Source: a virus (taxonomy: Duplodnaviria; Caudoviricetes). From it: DNA of 36,977 nucleotides. The notes under the pieces were generated by a model, which saw only the letters and a list, made by a program, of their open reading frames with translations, had not been told where the DNA came from and searched no databases. Location of the stretch: IMG/VR virus record IMGVR_UViG_3300012921_000044, positions 1 through 36,977 of that record; one strand, given 5' to 3'. The translations under genes were made by a program, and so were the position numbers. Positions 15,471 to 25,216 of the stretch are shown here, in pieces (the first letter of the stretch is position 1; each line of letters begins with the position of its first letter).

Positions 15471-16089
15471 GAACAACAAGAAGCGCGGTGCGGCCGGGTC
15501 GCCGATGGGCAATGTCCATCCCCTGATCGCCCAGGCGGCCGGGAACGGTGCGCAGCTTGACCGCGGCGGCTATGAGGTCGTCCCTGTCCCGAACCCCTAT
15601 GGCGAAGTCGTGATCCGCGACGAACTGGTCCGCCATAAGGCCGTGCGCCGCGTGCCGCATTTCGAAACGCTCTATCGGTCGAAGGTCATCGACCGCCAGC
15701 AATTCGCCTGCCTCGAATGGTATGCCGAGCGCGCCGAGCTCGCGCAGTCGGGGTTGATCAAAAGCGCGCTCGACGTATCGGGGTGCGGAGGGTCGGTGCA
15801 TTCGCATAGCCCGTCGAACGAAGTTGCGGTGTGGGCACAGAAGGACGTCGATTGGGCGCGCTCGCTCATCCCCGCCGATTGTCTCGCGGCGTTCGATAGC
15901 GTGATGCTCGACGGGGTGAGCTTCATCGAAAGCGCCCGCCGGATCGTGTCGCAGGGCTATTCGCGCCACGGCGTCACGCGCCAGCGCCAGATCGCGCGGG
16001 AACAGTTCGGCCGGGCCGCCGCTGCGCTGACGCGCGGTGTCCTGCCTCGCATCGCGGAAATCGAAAGCCGGGGCATTCTTTGCGCTTGA
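15448..16089 (+). CDS. Putative late-gene regulator (Q-position, DUF6456-like)
   Basis: AAAGGA RBS; last early gene; LYRSKVIDRQQF segment and C-terminal sigma-4-like helices. Confidence 0.65.
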   Translation: MAKSAKRKNNKKRGAAGSPMGNVHPLIAQAAGNGAQLDRGGYEVVPVPNPYGEVVIRDELVRHKAVRRVPHFETLYRSKVIDRQQFACLEWYAERAELAQSGLIKSALDVSGCGGSVHSHSPSNEVAVWAQKDVDWARSLIPADCLAAFDSVMLDGVSFIESARRIVSQGYSRHGVTRQRQIAREQFGRAAAALTRGVLPRIAEIESRGILCA

Positions 16090-16113
16090 AATGTTGTCAG
16101 CACATGATAGTGT
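16086..16113 (+). promoter_or_regulatory. Putative late promoter
   Basis: TTGAAA-N16-TAGTGT with TG extension. Confidence 0.5.
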
Positions 16114-16132
16114 TTCACCATCGTCTTGAATT

Positions 16133-16167
16133 GCGTCCGCGACCTGCAAAGGTTCAGCGGACGTTTT
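16133..16167 (+). terminator. Leader hairpin/terminator between late promoter and HNH gene
   Basis: GCGTCCGC-GACCT-GCAA-AGGTT-CA-GCGGACGT then TTT. Confidence 0.6.
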
Positions 16168-16179
16168 CATATCCGGCCC

Positions 16180-16491
16180 ATGGCTAAGCGTCCCCCCAAT
16201 CTGAAGACCCAGCGCGCAGCACCGCGCGGATGGACCGCGACGAAGCGGACCAGCCGGCACGCACGCGGCTATGGTTCGGACTGGGACAAGCTGCGCGCTC
16301 GCATCCTCGACCGCGACCGCCACCTATGCCAGTCGTGCTTGCGCTCTGGTCGCGCGACGATCGCCCGCGAGGTCGATCACATCAGGCCGAAGCATCAGCG
16401 CGGCACGGACGACGAACATAATCTTGAGGCGATATGCACGCCTTGCCATCGGGTGAAGACAGCCCGCGAGGGCCGCGCGCGACGCGGCTGA
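16180..16491 (+). CDS. Terminase-associated HNH endonuclease
   Basis: RGYGSDW...LCQSC...EVDHIRP...NLEAICTPCH. Confidence 0.95.
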   Translation: MAKRPPNLKTQRAAPRGWTATKRTSRHARGYGSDWDKLRARILDRDRHLCQSCLRSGRATIAREVDHIRPKHQRGTDDEHNLEAICTPCHRVKTAREGRARRG

Positions 16492-16576
16492 CACACCAAG
16501 GAACCTTCCTGATACCGCGCCCACCCTTGCACCGGGCGCACTTCGGCCGTCGTTGCCATCGGATTGATTAGCCCTG

Positions 16577-16660
16577 ACGGGGGGCGGGTCAAATCTCTGG
16601 CAACGGCGGCCTTTAGGACCGGCGGTGGGGTCAAAAATTTGCGCGGTCAGATAGAACTTT
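16577..16660 (+). other. Probable cos packaging region
   Basis: G-run GGGGGGCGGGTCAAATCTCTG...GGACCGGCG...AAAAATTT between HNH and terS, as in HK97-like phages; exact cut site not determinable. Confidence 0.55.
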
Positions 16661-16695
16661 CTGTCGCAATTAAATTTCCAGTGTGGGGGTTGGCC

Positions 16696-16884
16696 ATGAA
16701 ATCGCACGTCATTTCCTACAGCCAGGCCGTCAAGGACATGGCGCCCGTCACGCTGACGCTCGGTATCCGCAAGGATGTTCGTTGGTCGCTGCGCTTCGCG
16801 GTGGCCCGCCTTCTTTTCCGGTTCGCGGCGTGGGTGCTGCCCATGCCGGCGACCGTAAGCTTCGACGATGAAGCGCGGACCTAA
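16696..16884 (+). CDS. Hypothetical protein (62 aa)
   Basis: GGGGG RBS; overlaps terS start. Confidence 0.55.
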   Translation: MKSHVISYSQAVKDMAPVTLTLGIRKDVRWSLRFAVARLLFRFAAWVLPMPATVSFDDEART

Positions 16885-17290
16885 GCCCGAGCTGGCAAAC
16901 ACGAAGGCGCAGCGGGGGACGCTTCGGAAAGACCGGGACGGCGACGTCGTCGTCCAGCCGGTGTCGCTGATCGCGGCGGGCGACCCGCCCATAATGCCCG
17001 ATTATCTTCAGCCCGCGGCCCGCGAAATCTGGATCGAGGAACTTCCCCGCGTGATGCTGGCCGGGGTGACCGAACGCGATAGCTCGCTGTTCGCCGCTTA
17101 CTGTTCGGTCGAGGCGCTGAACCGCGCGGCCTTCATTGCCGGGGAAGCCCCGCCCGCCGCCTATCTGACCGAACAGCGGCGCCGCGCCGAATTGCTCGGC
17201 ATCGCTGGGCCGCGCGTCCGTCAGGGATCGAAGTCGGATGGCGCGCAAAGCAGCAACCCGTTCGTCCGCAACGGCCGCCGACCCGCTTAG
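16868..17290 (+). CDS. terS: Terminase small subunit
   Basis: MKRGPKP...GTLRKDR; P27-like features; ends NPF. Confidence 0.88.
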   Translation: MKRGPKPELANTKAQRGTLRKDRDGDVVVQPVSLIAAGDPPIMPDYLQPAAREIWIEELPRVMLAGVTERDSSLFAAYCSVEALNRAAFIAGEAPPAAYLTEQRRRAELLGIAGPRVRQGSKSDGAQSSNPFVRNGRRPA

Positions 17291-19130
17291 CCCGTTCGTT
17301 CAGACCGCGATCGAATACGCTAAGGCGGCGGTCGCGGATCGGAAGCGCCGGGACTTTTGCGAGCTTGTGCGTCTGACCGCCAAGCGGTTCTTGAGCGACC
17401 TGAAGCGGGCGAAGCGGAAGGACTGCCCGTTCTATTTCAGCGAGTGGCACGCCGACGACGTCTGCGATTTCATCGAGAAGATGCCGCACGTCCAAGGTTC
17501 GTGGGATAGCGCGACGCTAACCCTTGAGCCCGCGCAGGTTTTCATCCTGGTCAATGTCTTCGGCTTCCGCCGCAAGGTCGATGATCGCCGCCGGTTCACC
17601 CGCGCCTATATCGAAGTCGCCCGCAAGAACGCGAAATCGACGCTGACCGCCGGCGTCGCGCTCTATTGCCTGACCTGCGAAAACGAGCTCGGGCCGGAAA
17701 TCATCATCGGCGCCACAACGGGCGCGCAGGCCGACAAGGTCTTCAAGCCCGCGAAGCTGATGGTCGAGCGGACCGGCGCGCTACGCGAGGCCTTCAATCT
17801 GAAGGCATGGGCCCGGTCGATAACCTGCGGCGATAACGGCGGGACGGTCCAGCCGATCAATTCGAAGTCGTCAACGCAGGACGGTTGGAACCCGTTCGTT
17901 GGCATCCTCGACGAACTGCACGCGCACAAGGATCGCGGCCTGTTCGACGTGATCCGGTCCGCCTTCGGCGCGCGCAAGCAACCGCTTATGTGGATGATCA
18001 CGACGGCGGGCTATGACGTCCGCGGCGTCTGCTATGAACAACGGACGCTGGTCGAAAAAATCCTGCGTGGCACCGTCCAGGCCGATCATTATTTCGGTAT
18101 CGTTTTCACGATCGACCAGGGGGACGACCCGTTCGACGAACGGGTCTGGGGCAAGGCGAACCCGCTTCTGGGCGCCGCGGTCGATATGGACGAAATGCGG
18201 GGCTATGCCGTCGAGGCGAAGAACAGCCCGGCGTCGCTCGGCGAGTTTCTGACGAAGCGTCTCAATGTCTGGTTGAATGCGGCATCCGCCTGGCTGTCGG
18301 TCGACCAGTGGAAGAAGGCCACGATCGAGGGCCTGGACTGGTCGGACTTCCACGGGCTGGAATGCACGATCGGCGCAGACCTTGCGGACAAGGACGATAT
18401 CACCGCCGTCGTTCTGGTCGGTCAGCATGAAGACGGCAAGATCATCTTCAAGCCGGTCTTCTTCATTCCGTCGGAAGCGCTTCGCCGCGAGACGCAAAGC
18501 GACACGGGGCAGTCGACCTATGGCGAATGGTCCGGTCACAATGGCGGCCCGCCGCTCGACGATGACGAACTGGTCGGCCTGCCGTCCCTTTTCGAGCTCG
18601 ACGACGACGGCAAGCCCGACTGGGATAAGCCGCTTTCCGAGCTTCCGCCAGTCTGGCGCACGCCGATCCTGACGACGCCGGGCGACTTCGTCGACCATAA
18701 CATGGTCGAAATGTTCATCCGCTGGGCGGTCAAAACCCAGTCGGTTCGCAAGATCGTCTTCGACCAGTTCGCCGCGGCGCAAGCGATGGCCTCGCGTCTC
18801 AACGAAGATTTGGGCACGCCCGACGATCCGCTTGCGACGATCCTGCACAAGTCCGCCGCGAACGTGACAAACCCGGCGAAAGAATTGGAAGCGCGGGTCC
18901 GCGCCAAAGACCCGTCGAAGCATATTGGCCATGACGGCAACCCGGTCCTGACCTGGATGGTGTCGAACGCGGTGGTAACTCGCCACGTCAACGGCACGAT
19001 CATCCCGAAGAAGGAAAGCCCGGAGAGCCCGAACAAGATCGACGGGGTGGACGGCATGATCAACGGTATGGCCCCGCTGGTCGCGGTCGAGCCCGACGCG
19101 TCAAGCGTCGTCGAATATACGGGCATGTGA
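17238..19130 (+). CDS. terL: Terminase large subunit
   Basis: Walker A VARKNAKST, Walker B ILDELH, ITTAG, GADLADKDD, KIDGVD. Confidence 0.97.
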   Translation: MARKAATRSSATAADPLSPFVQTAIEYAKAAVADRKRRDFCELVRLTAKRFLSDLKRAKRKDCPFYFSEWHADDVCDFIEKMPHVQGSWDSATLTLEPAQVFILVNVFGFRRKVDDRRRFTRAYIEVARKNAKSTLTAGVALYCLTCENELGPEIIIGATTGAQADKVFKPAKLMVERTGALREAFNLKAWARSITCGDNGGTVQPINSKSSTQDGWNPFVGILDELHAHKDRGLFDVIRSAFGARKQPLMWMITTAGYDVRGVCYEQRTLVEKILRGTVQADHYFGIVFTIDQGDDPFDERVWGKANPLLGAAVDMDEMRGYAVEAKNSPASLGEFLTKRLNVWLNAASAWLSVDQWKKATIEGLDWSDFHGLECTIGADLADKDDITAVVLVGQHEDGKIIFKPVFFIPSEALRRETQSDTGQSTYGEWSGHNGGPPLDDDELVGLPSLFELDDDGKPDWDKPLSELPPVWRTPILTTPGDFVDHNMVEMFIRWAVKTQSVRKIVFDQFAAAQAMASRLNEDLGTPDDPLATILHKSAANVTNPAKELEARVRAKDPSKHIGHDGNPVLTWMVSNAVVTRHVNGTIIPKKESPESPNKIDGVDGMINGMAPLVAVEPDASSVVEYTGM

Positions 19131-20410
19131 TGAGCATCCGCGCATCGCTCGCCCGCATGATCGGCGGTAGCGCGCTGACGCCGTCCGCGGTATCGGCCGC
19201 GCCCCAGGCATCGGCCGACCTGACCAGCACGGACAGCGAAACCTTCTGGGCGCTGACCGGCGGTGGTGGCGGAACGCGGGTCGTCATCAACGAACGGACG
19301 TCGTTGTCGCTGCCGGCGCTGCTTCGCGCGCTCGAAATTCTGACCGGCGTCTTCGCCATGACGCCGATGATTTACTATCGTCGCACCGCCGAAGGAAAGG
19401 AACGCGTCGAGAATTCGCCGCTGTTCACGCTGTTCCACGATCGTCCGAACGACGTTCAATCGGCCTTTCTGTTCAAGGAAGTGATCCTGGGCGACATGCT
19501 GATGGCGGGTCGCTTCGCGACCTATATCCATCGCGACGGCATGTTTCGCCCGAAGGCCCTGTCCCGCGTGAACCCGCTCGGCGTTCAGCCGGTGCAATAT
19601 TGGGATCGCACGGACGGACTCGAGTTGTTCTATGACGCGCATCTGCCCGACGGCAGCAACGGGCGCTTCAGCCGGACCGATATCTGGCATGTTCCGGGGT
19701 TCAGCCGCGACGGTATCTTCGGCGTCAACCGCGTTCGCCTGATGGATGACACGCTGTCGGCGGCCGTCGCGGCTGGGCAATATGCTCGTCATTTCTGGGA
19801 GAATAACGCGCAGCCGGCGACGCTTCTGACCGCCAAGGGCAAGGTTACGCCCGAAGACAAGGTCAAGATGAAGTTCGACTGGAAGCGCATGTTCGGCGGC
19901 GTGCGCAAGGCCGGCGATGTCGCTGTGCTCGACCAGGAAATGGACGCGAAGACGCTGGGCGCGACGAACAAGGACAGCCAGTTCGTCGAGGTCCGCGCGT
20001 TCAATGTTGTCGAAGTCGCCCGCGCGTGGGGTGTCCCGCCCCATCTGCTCTATGAGCTTTCGCGCGCGACCTTCAGCAACATCGAGCAGCAAAGCCTCGA
20101 GTTCATCATGTTTTCGATGATGCCGCACTATGAGCGGTTCGCATCGGCCGCGACGCACCACTTCGCCGAGCCCGGCCACTTTTTCGAGTTCCTGCCCGAC
20201 GCATTGCTGAAGGGCGACGTGAAGACGCGCTGGGAAGCTTACAAGATCGGCCGCGAAACGGGCGTCCTGTCCGCCGACGATATCGCCAAGCGCGAAAACC
20301 TCTCGCCGATCGGCGGCGCAGCCGGAAGCGAGCGTTGGCGCCCTGCCAACATGGCCATTTCCGGCGAGCCGAACCCCTCGTCCGCACCGCCGGCGCCTGA
20401 AGGAAACTGA
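19130..20410 (+). CDS. Portal protein (HK97 family)
   Basis: PNDVQSAF, DSQFVEVR...EVARAWGVPPH...ATFSNIEQQSLEF. Confidence 0.97.
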   Translation: MSIRASLARMIGGSALTPSAVSAAPQASADLTSTDSETFWALTGGGGGTRVVINERTSLSLPALLRALEILTGVFAMTPMIYYRRTAEGKERVENSPLFTLFHDRPNDVQSAFLFKEVILGDMLMAGRFATYIHRDGMFRPKALSRVNPLGVQPVQYWDRTDGLELFYDAHLPDGSNGRFSRTDIWHVPGFSRDGIFGVNRVRLMDDTLSAAVAAGQYARHFWENNAQPATLLTAKGKVTPEDKVKMKFDWKRMFGGVRKAGDVAVLDQEMDAKTLGATNKDSQFVEVRAFNVVEVARAWGVPPHLLYELSRATFSNIEQQSLEFIMFSMMPHYERFASAATHHFAEPGHFFEFLPDALLKGDVKTRWEAYKIGRETGVLSADDIAKRENLSPIGGAAGSERWRPANMAISGEPNPSSAPPAPEGN

Positions 20411-20414
20411 ACCA

Positions 20415-21347
20415 ATGAACAGTCATGTTCTGGCCGCGATCCGCTCGCAGCCCTGGGCAATCATGCCCGAATATCTGGCGGCGATCGAAGCGATTGCGCT
20501 GCGCGCGCTCGATCATCCGGCCATCGTGACTGTCGAAGCCGACGGTCACAAGGAACGGATGGTCGAAGCGGTCGCGGAAATGGGCGGTCGCTTTCCCGGT
20601 TCGCGCAATGCGACGATCCGCGAAGGGGTCGGGTGCTTGCCGCTGTTCGGTCCGGTCTTTCCGCGCGCGAACATGATGACGGAAATGTCGGGCGCGACGT
20701 CGCTTGCCGAGCTCGCGGCCGACTTCCGCAAGCTGGAAGCTTCGGCCGAAGTTCATCATATCCTGATCGTCGCGGACAGCCCCGGCGGCCAGATTACCGA
20801 TGTTCGCGCTTTCGCCCAGCTGATCGCCAATTCGAGCAAGCCGGTCACGGTTTTCGTGTCTGGCCTGTGCTGCTCGGCGGCCTACCATATTTGCAGCGCG
20901 GCGAAGGAAGTCGTTGCCGATCCTTTCGCGCTGGTCGGTTCTCTCGGCGTGATGATCGGCGGCAGCTATCAGGAAGAGCCGGATAGCCAAGGGCGCCGCG
21001 ACGTCGAAATTGTCAGTTCCAACGCCCCGGACAAGCGCCCCGACCTGTCGACCGATGAAGGTCGCGCCAAAATCCGCGCGATGCTCGACGGGGTCGAGGA
21101 AGTCTTTTTGTCCGATATTGCCCGCGGTCGCGGCGTCCCGGTTTCAACGGTGAAACGGGACTTCGGCGCGGGCGGCACGATGTCTGCACGGCAGGCGAAG
21201 GAAGTGGGTCTGATCGACAAGGTGGAGGCCGGCGGCCTTACCGCGATCCTCGCCCGCCTCGCGAAGCCCGTCCGGTCAGCGACGTCGCGGCGCAATGCCG
21301 CGGCGCTTTCCCATGAAGTTGCGCAGATGCGCGCCGCTTCGCTCTAA
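20415..21347 (+). CDS. S49-family prohead protease
   Basis: DSPGG, CSAAYHI, VGSLGV. Confidence 0.93.
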   Translation: MNSHVLAAIRSQPWAIMPEYLAAIEAIALRALDHPAIVTVEADGHKERMVEAVAEMGGRFPGSRNATIREGVGCLPLFGPVFPRANMMTEMSGATSLAELAADFRKLEASAEVHHILIVADSPGGQITDVRAFAQLIANSSKPVTVFVSGLCCSAAYHICSAAKEVVADPFALVGSLGVMIGGSYQEEPDSQGRRDVEIVSSNAPDKRPDLSTDEGRAKIRAMLDGVEEVFLSDIARGRGVPVSTVKRDFGAGGTMSARQAKEVGLIDKVEAGGLTAILARLAKPVRSATSRRNAAALSHEVAQMRAASL

Positions 21348-21362
21348 TCAGGAGACTGAACC

Positions 21363-22694
21363 ATGCGCATCACCGCGCTCAAAAATGCCCTGGCGGCCTG
21401 CCTTGCCAGCATGGAAGGCATCGTCAACGCCACCCTTGTTGCCGCCACCGACGACACGCCCGAACATTATCGTGACCTGACCGATGCGGAACAGGCCGAC
21501 TATGACAAGCACAAGGCCGAAGCCACCAAGCTTCAGGGCCAGATCAAGCAGGAAGAAGACCTGCTTGCGCTGAAGGCGTCGGTCGCCACGCCCGTTGTCG
21601 TTCCCGGCACGCCGGGCGCGAACGGCGTGCGCACCACGGTTCCCGCGCAGGCGCGCGAAGAACTGAAGCCTGGTATCATGGTCGCCCGTATCGCCCAGTC
21701 CGTCGCCATTGGCGGCTTCGATCAGCGCGCCGCGGCGAACGCCGCCGAAGGCCTCTATGGCACGGAAATGGGCCAGATCGTCGCCAACATGGAACAGACG
21801 ACCAACACGAAGGGCGGCTTCCTTGTTGATACCGATTATTCGTCGGACTTCATCGACGTCCTGCGCCCCCGCGTCGTCATCCGCAACATGGGCGCGCGCC
21901 CGGTCCCGATGCCCGAAGGCAACCTGACGACCCGCAAAAAGACGGCGGGCAGTTCGGCAAGCTATGTCGGCGAGCGCGTTCCCGCGCCGACGACCGGCGT
22001 GACGGTCGGTCAGCAGACCATGTCCGCAAAGCGCCTGACGGCGCTGGTTCCGATCACGAACCAGCTGATCCGCCGCGCTTCGATGAACGTGCAGATGATG
22101 ATCCGTGACGACCTTGTCGAAGGCGTTGCGGTGAAGGAAGATCAGCAGTTCCTTCGCGGCGTCGGTTCGGCGACCGCGCCGACCGGTCTGCGCAACATGA
22201 TCGCCGCCGGCAACATCATCCCCGCGAACGCGGTGGTCAACCTGGTCAATGTGACCAACGACCTTGGCAAGCTGCGCCTCGCGGTGCTGACCGCCAATAT
22301 CCCGATGACGCAATGCGGCTACATCATGTCGCCGCGGACGCTGTTGTTCCTCGAAAATCTGCGCGACGGCAACGGCAACAAGGCCTTCCCCGAAGTGGCC
22401 GAAGGCCGCCTGGGTATCTATCCGATCGGCGTCACGACGTCGGTTCCCGACAATCTGGGCGCCGGCACGAACGAAAGCGAAATCTACTTCGGTGACTTCG
22501 CCCAGTTCCTGATCGGTGACACCGAACAGATTGCCATCGCGGCGTCGGACGTCGCTGCCTATGACGACGGCGGCACGATCCGCGCGGCGTTCAGCAATGA
22601 CGAAACGGTCGTCCGCCTGATCGCCGAGCACGACACCCAGGTCCGTTACGACACGGCCTTCGCGGTGCTGACCGCCGTCACCTGGGAAATGTAA
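21363..22694 (+). CDS. Major capsid protein (HK97 fold with delta domain)
   Basis: GGFLV, YVGE, IYFGDF; N-terminal coiled coil. Confidence 0.97.
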   Translation: MRITALKNALAACLASMEGIVNATLVAATDDTPEHYRDLTDAEQADYDKHKAEATKLQGQIKQEEDLLALKASVATPVVVPGTPGANGVRTTVPAQAREELKPGIMVARIAQSVAIGGFDQRAAANAAEGLYGTEMGQIVANMEQTTNTKGGFLVDTDYSSDFIDVLRPRVVIRNMGARPVPMPEGNLTTRKKTAGSSASYVGERVPAPTTGVTVGQQTMSAKRLTALVPITNQLIRRASMNVQMMIRDDLVEGVAVKEDQQFLRGVGSATAPTGLRNMIAAGNIIPANAVVNLVNVTNDLGKLRLAVLTANIPMTQCGYIMSPRTLLFLENLRDGNGNKAFPEVAEGRLGIYPIGVTTSVPDNLGAGTNESEIYFGDFAQFLIGDTEQIAIAASDVAAYDDGGTIRAAFSNDETVVRLIAEHDTQVRYDTAFAVLTAVTWEM

Positions 22695-22700
22695 CCCGAC

Positions 22701-22724
22701 CGGCGGGGGCCAGCGTCCCCGTCG
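22701..22724 (+). terminator. Hairpin after the capsid gene
   Basis: CGGCGGGGGC-CAGC-GTCCCCGTCG; pyrimidine-rich tail but no clean U-tract. Confidence 0.5.
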
Positions 22725-22754
22725 CCTCTCTCCATCCTTTCAAGGGGACAACCC

Positions 22755-23054
22755 ATGAAGAAAATTGCCGTCACCTTCCTGATGTCGCACACGATCGGCG
22801 CCCTCTATAACGAAGGCGAAACCGCCGGCTTCGCTCCCGAAGTCGCGGAAGACCTCATCAAGCGCGAGATCGCGAAGCCCGTCAAAGCCGCGAAGAAACC
22901 GGCTGAACCCGAACTCTACGCGGCCGACGACTTCAAGGACGAAGACGAAGCGGTGATCGACGCGCTGATCAAAAAGCATAAGGTCACCGTCGCGGCGGCC
23001 GCCGACAAGGCGGCCAAGGTCGCTGCGATCGTCGCGGCGAAGATCGCCAAGTAA
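22755..23054 (+). CDS. Small head-associated hypothetical protein
   Basis: AGGGG RBS; YNEGETAGF...LIKREIA; position after capsid gene. Confidence 0.85.
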   Translation: MKKIAVTFLMSHTIGALYNEGETAGFAPEVAEDLIKREIAKPVKAAKKPAEPELYAADDFKDEDEAVIDALIKKHKVTVAAAADKAAKVAAIVAAKIAK

Positions 23055-23074
23055 CCCTCTCTCCCTGGACCCTG

Positions 23075-23117
23075 CGGCCGCCGCGTTCGTTCGCGCGCGC
23101 GGCGGCCGTCGTTGTTC
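23075..23117 (+). terminator. GC-rich hairpin
   Basis: 11-bp stem CGGCCGCCGCG/CGCGGCGGCCG then TCGTTGTTC. Confidence 0.5.
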
Positions 23118-23136
23118 ATCATAATCGGGGGTGACC

Positions 23137-23724
23137 ATGCGCCAGGGAACGATCGTCACTGTCGCCCCGGCGAGCGAGCCGCTTTCGCTCGCTGACGCCC
23201 GACTTCAACTGCGCCTTGATGCGGAAGACACCGATCAGGACGCGCATGTCGCGAAGCTGATCGCGGCCGCGCGCGCTCACATCGAAGGCGCTTACGGCAT
23301 CCCGATCATCCGGCAGACCCGCCAGACGCACCTTTTCGGCTTTGGCTGCGGTCCCGTTTGGCTCGGCGACGGCCACGATATCGCGGTAACGCAGGTCCAA
23401 TATTATGACGCCGCCGACATTCTTCAGACGCTCGCGCCGACGGACTATCTTGTCGACCATATCAGCCGCCCGGCGAAGTTGTGGCCGGCGCCGCTGAAGG
23501 CATGGCCATCGGTGCTGGACCGTCCGAGCGCCGTTCAGATTACATGGGAAGGCGGATGGACGGACGCCGACGCCGTGCCGGAAGACCTCGCGCAGGCAAT
23601 GAAATTGCTGATCGGCCACTGGGACCAGAACCGCGAAGCCGTCGCGCTCGGCACCATTTCGACCGAAGTCCAGGTCGCCCTTGACGCTTGTATGCAGCCC
23701 TATCGCTGCCAGTTCATCGCATAG
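23137..23724 (+). CDS. Head-tail connector (phiE125 gp8-like)
   Basis: EPLSLADARLQLR...LIAAAR...QAMKLLIGHWDQNRE. Confidence 0.92.
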   Translation: MRQGTIVTVAPASEPLSLADARLQLRLDAEDTDQDAHVAKLIAAARAHIEGAYGIPIIRQTRQTHLFGFGCGPVWLGDGHDIAVTQVQYYDAADILQTLAPTDYLVDHISRPAKLWPAPLKAWPSVLDRPSAVQITWEGGWTDADAVPEDLAQAMKLLIGHWDQNREAVALGTISTEVQVALDACMQPYRCQFIA

Positions 23725-23733
23725 GCCGCGCGG

Positions 23734-24078
23734 ATGCGCCTTGGTCGTCTTCGCGCGCGCCTGAACGTGCTGCGCCGCACCGCGGGCGCAAAAAACGCGT
23801 TGAATGAGCCGGTCGAAAGCTGGCCCGAGTTCGGGAAGTTCTGGGCCGAAGACTTCACCCAGCGCGCGGCCGAAGGCGCGAAGGCCGGGCAGACGATGGC
23901 CACCGTCGAAAAGGTCTGGCGCCTGCGCTGGATGGAACGGACCAAGTCCATCACCGCCCAGGATCGCATCGTCTGCGACGGGGTCACCTATTCCATTATC
24001 GGGATCACCGAACCCTTTCACCGTGAAGTGATCCAGATCGCCGCTGTCGGCATCAACGAAGGAAGCATCGCACCATGA
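23734..24078 (+). CDS. Head closure protein
   Basis: GRLRARL...W...WAE...DRIVCDGVTYSI. Confidence 0.88.
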   Translation: MRLGRLRARLNVLRRTAGAKNALNEPVESWPEFGKFWAEDFTQRAAEGAKAGQTMATVEKVWRLRWMERTKSITAQDRIVCDGVTYSIIGITEPFHREVIQIAAVGINEGSIAP

Positions 24079-24344
24079 TCAAAGTTCGCGTCGCTCGCGC
24101 TCATCGCAACGTCTATGGGGAAAAGTCCGAAAAGGCGTTCAACGACACCTATGACGTGCCGGACGGCCACGAAGTCGCCCTGATCGCGGCGAAGCTCGTT
24201 GTGCTCGACAAGGGCAAGCCGCTCGCCGCGCCGGGCGCAAAGCCCGCCAAACGGAAGCCCGCCGCGAAAAAGGTGGTGGTCAAGACGACCGCGCCGAAGA
24301 AGAACCCCGCCGCCGCGAATGACGCGGATGTCGCTAAAGGTTGA
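24075..24344 (+). CDS. Hypothetical protein with Lys/Ala/Pro-rich tail
   Basis: ATGA overlap; structural operon position. Confidence 0.65.
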   Translation: MIKVRVARAHRNVYGEKSEKAFNDTYDVPDGHEVALIAAKLVVLDKGKPLAAPGAKPAKRKPAAKKVVVKTTAPKKNPAAANDADVAKG

Positions 24345-24777
24345 CGGGCTGCGCGAACTCGACCGCGCGCTGTCCGAACTGCCCAAGGCGACGCAAGGCA
24401 ATGTCCTGAAGCGGACGTTGCTGCGCGGGGCGGAGCCGGTCGAAGCCGCCGCGAAGTCTAAGGTGAAGAAGTTCACGGGCGCGCTGGAACGCGATATCGA
24501 AACCAGCACGAAGCTGACCCGCCGACAGGCCGCCGCCGCGCGCCGCGCGGGCAAATCGCAAGCGGAAGTCCATATAGGCGTCGTCGATCCGGCGGGCGTG
24601 CAGACCGAGTTCGGCAACGCGCATCAGGCCGCCGATCCGTGGTTCCGTCCCGCATGGGATGAAAGCCAGGGCGAAGCCTTGAACGAAATCGCCGGCGGGC
24701 TGGGCGAGGAAATCGAAAAGGCGCGCGGCCGCCTCGCACGAAAGGCCGCGCGGCTCGCCGCGAAGAACGGGGGCTGA
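24328..24777 (+). CDS. HK97 gp10-family tail morphogenesis protein
   Basis: KVDGLRELDRAL...EFGNAHQAADPWFRPAWD. Confidence 0.92.
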   Translation: MSLKVDGLRELDRALSELPKATQGNVLKRTLLRGAEPVEAAAKSKVKKFTGALERDIETSTKLTRRQAAAARRAGKSQAEVHIGVVDPAGVQTEFGNAHQAADPWFRPAWDESQGEALNEIAGGLGEEIEKARGRLARKAARLAAKNGG

Positions 24778-24779
24778 CG

Positions 24780-25178
24780 ATGGAAGAAGCCCTGACGGCG
24801 CGGCTGCTCGCCGCGCCCGGTGTCGCCGCGATATTCGGTGACGCCATCCATTGGGGGATCGCGCCGCAAGGAACGCCGCTTCCCTATCTCGTGCTGACAA
24901 TCATCACGCCGGGCCGCGAATATACGCATGACGGCGCCGATCAGACCGGCAATCCGCGCACGCAATTTTCTGCCTATGGCAACACCGCCGCCGAAGCATT
25001 GGCAGGCCAGAAGGCGGTTCGCGACCTGATCGAACAGCCCGGCGTCGTCGGGGCCGTCCGCTTCACTCCCGCCATCCAGGCGAGCGAGCGCGGCCCGACC
25101 GACGAAGACCTGGGCGGCGGCCGCAAGGCCAAACGATACGACTGGGATTATTTCGTCTGGTTCACCCTCGCCGCGTGA
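24780..25178 (+). CDS. Tail terminator (DUF3168-like)
   Basis: MEEALTARLLA...APQGTPLPYLVL. Confidence 0.9.
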   Translation: MEEALTARLLAAPGVAAIFGDAIHWGIAPQGTPLPYLVLTIITPGREYTHDGADQTGNPRTQFSAYGNTAAEALAGQKAVRDLIEQPGVVGAVRFTPAIQASERGPTDEDLGGGRKAKRYDWDYFVWFTLAA

Positions 25179-25216
25179 CGAACGGCCTTTTCCCCCTGAC
25201 ATAAGGAGTTGATCCA

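Noticed and set aside
18525-18670. Terminase insertion as an intein
   Set aside because: Too short and lacks a C-terminal His-Asn splice junction
17871-22631. Long minus-strand ORFs over terminase, portal, protease and capsid
   Set aside because: Shadow frames of clear structural genes with no recognisable domains
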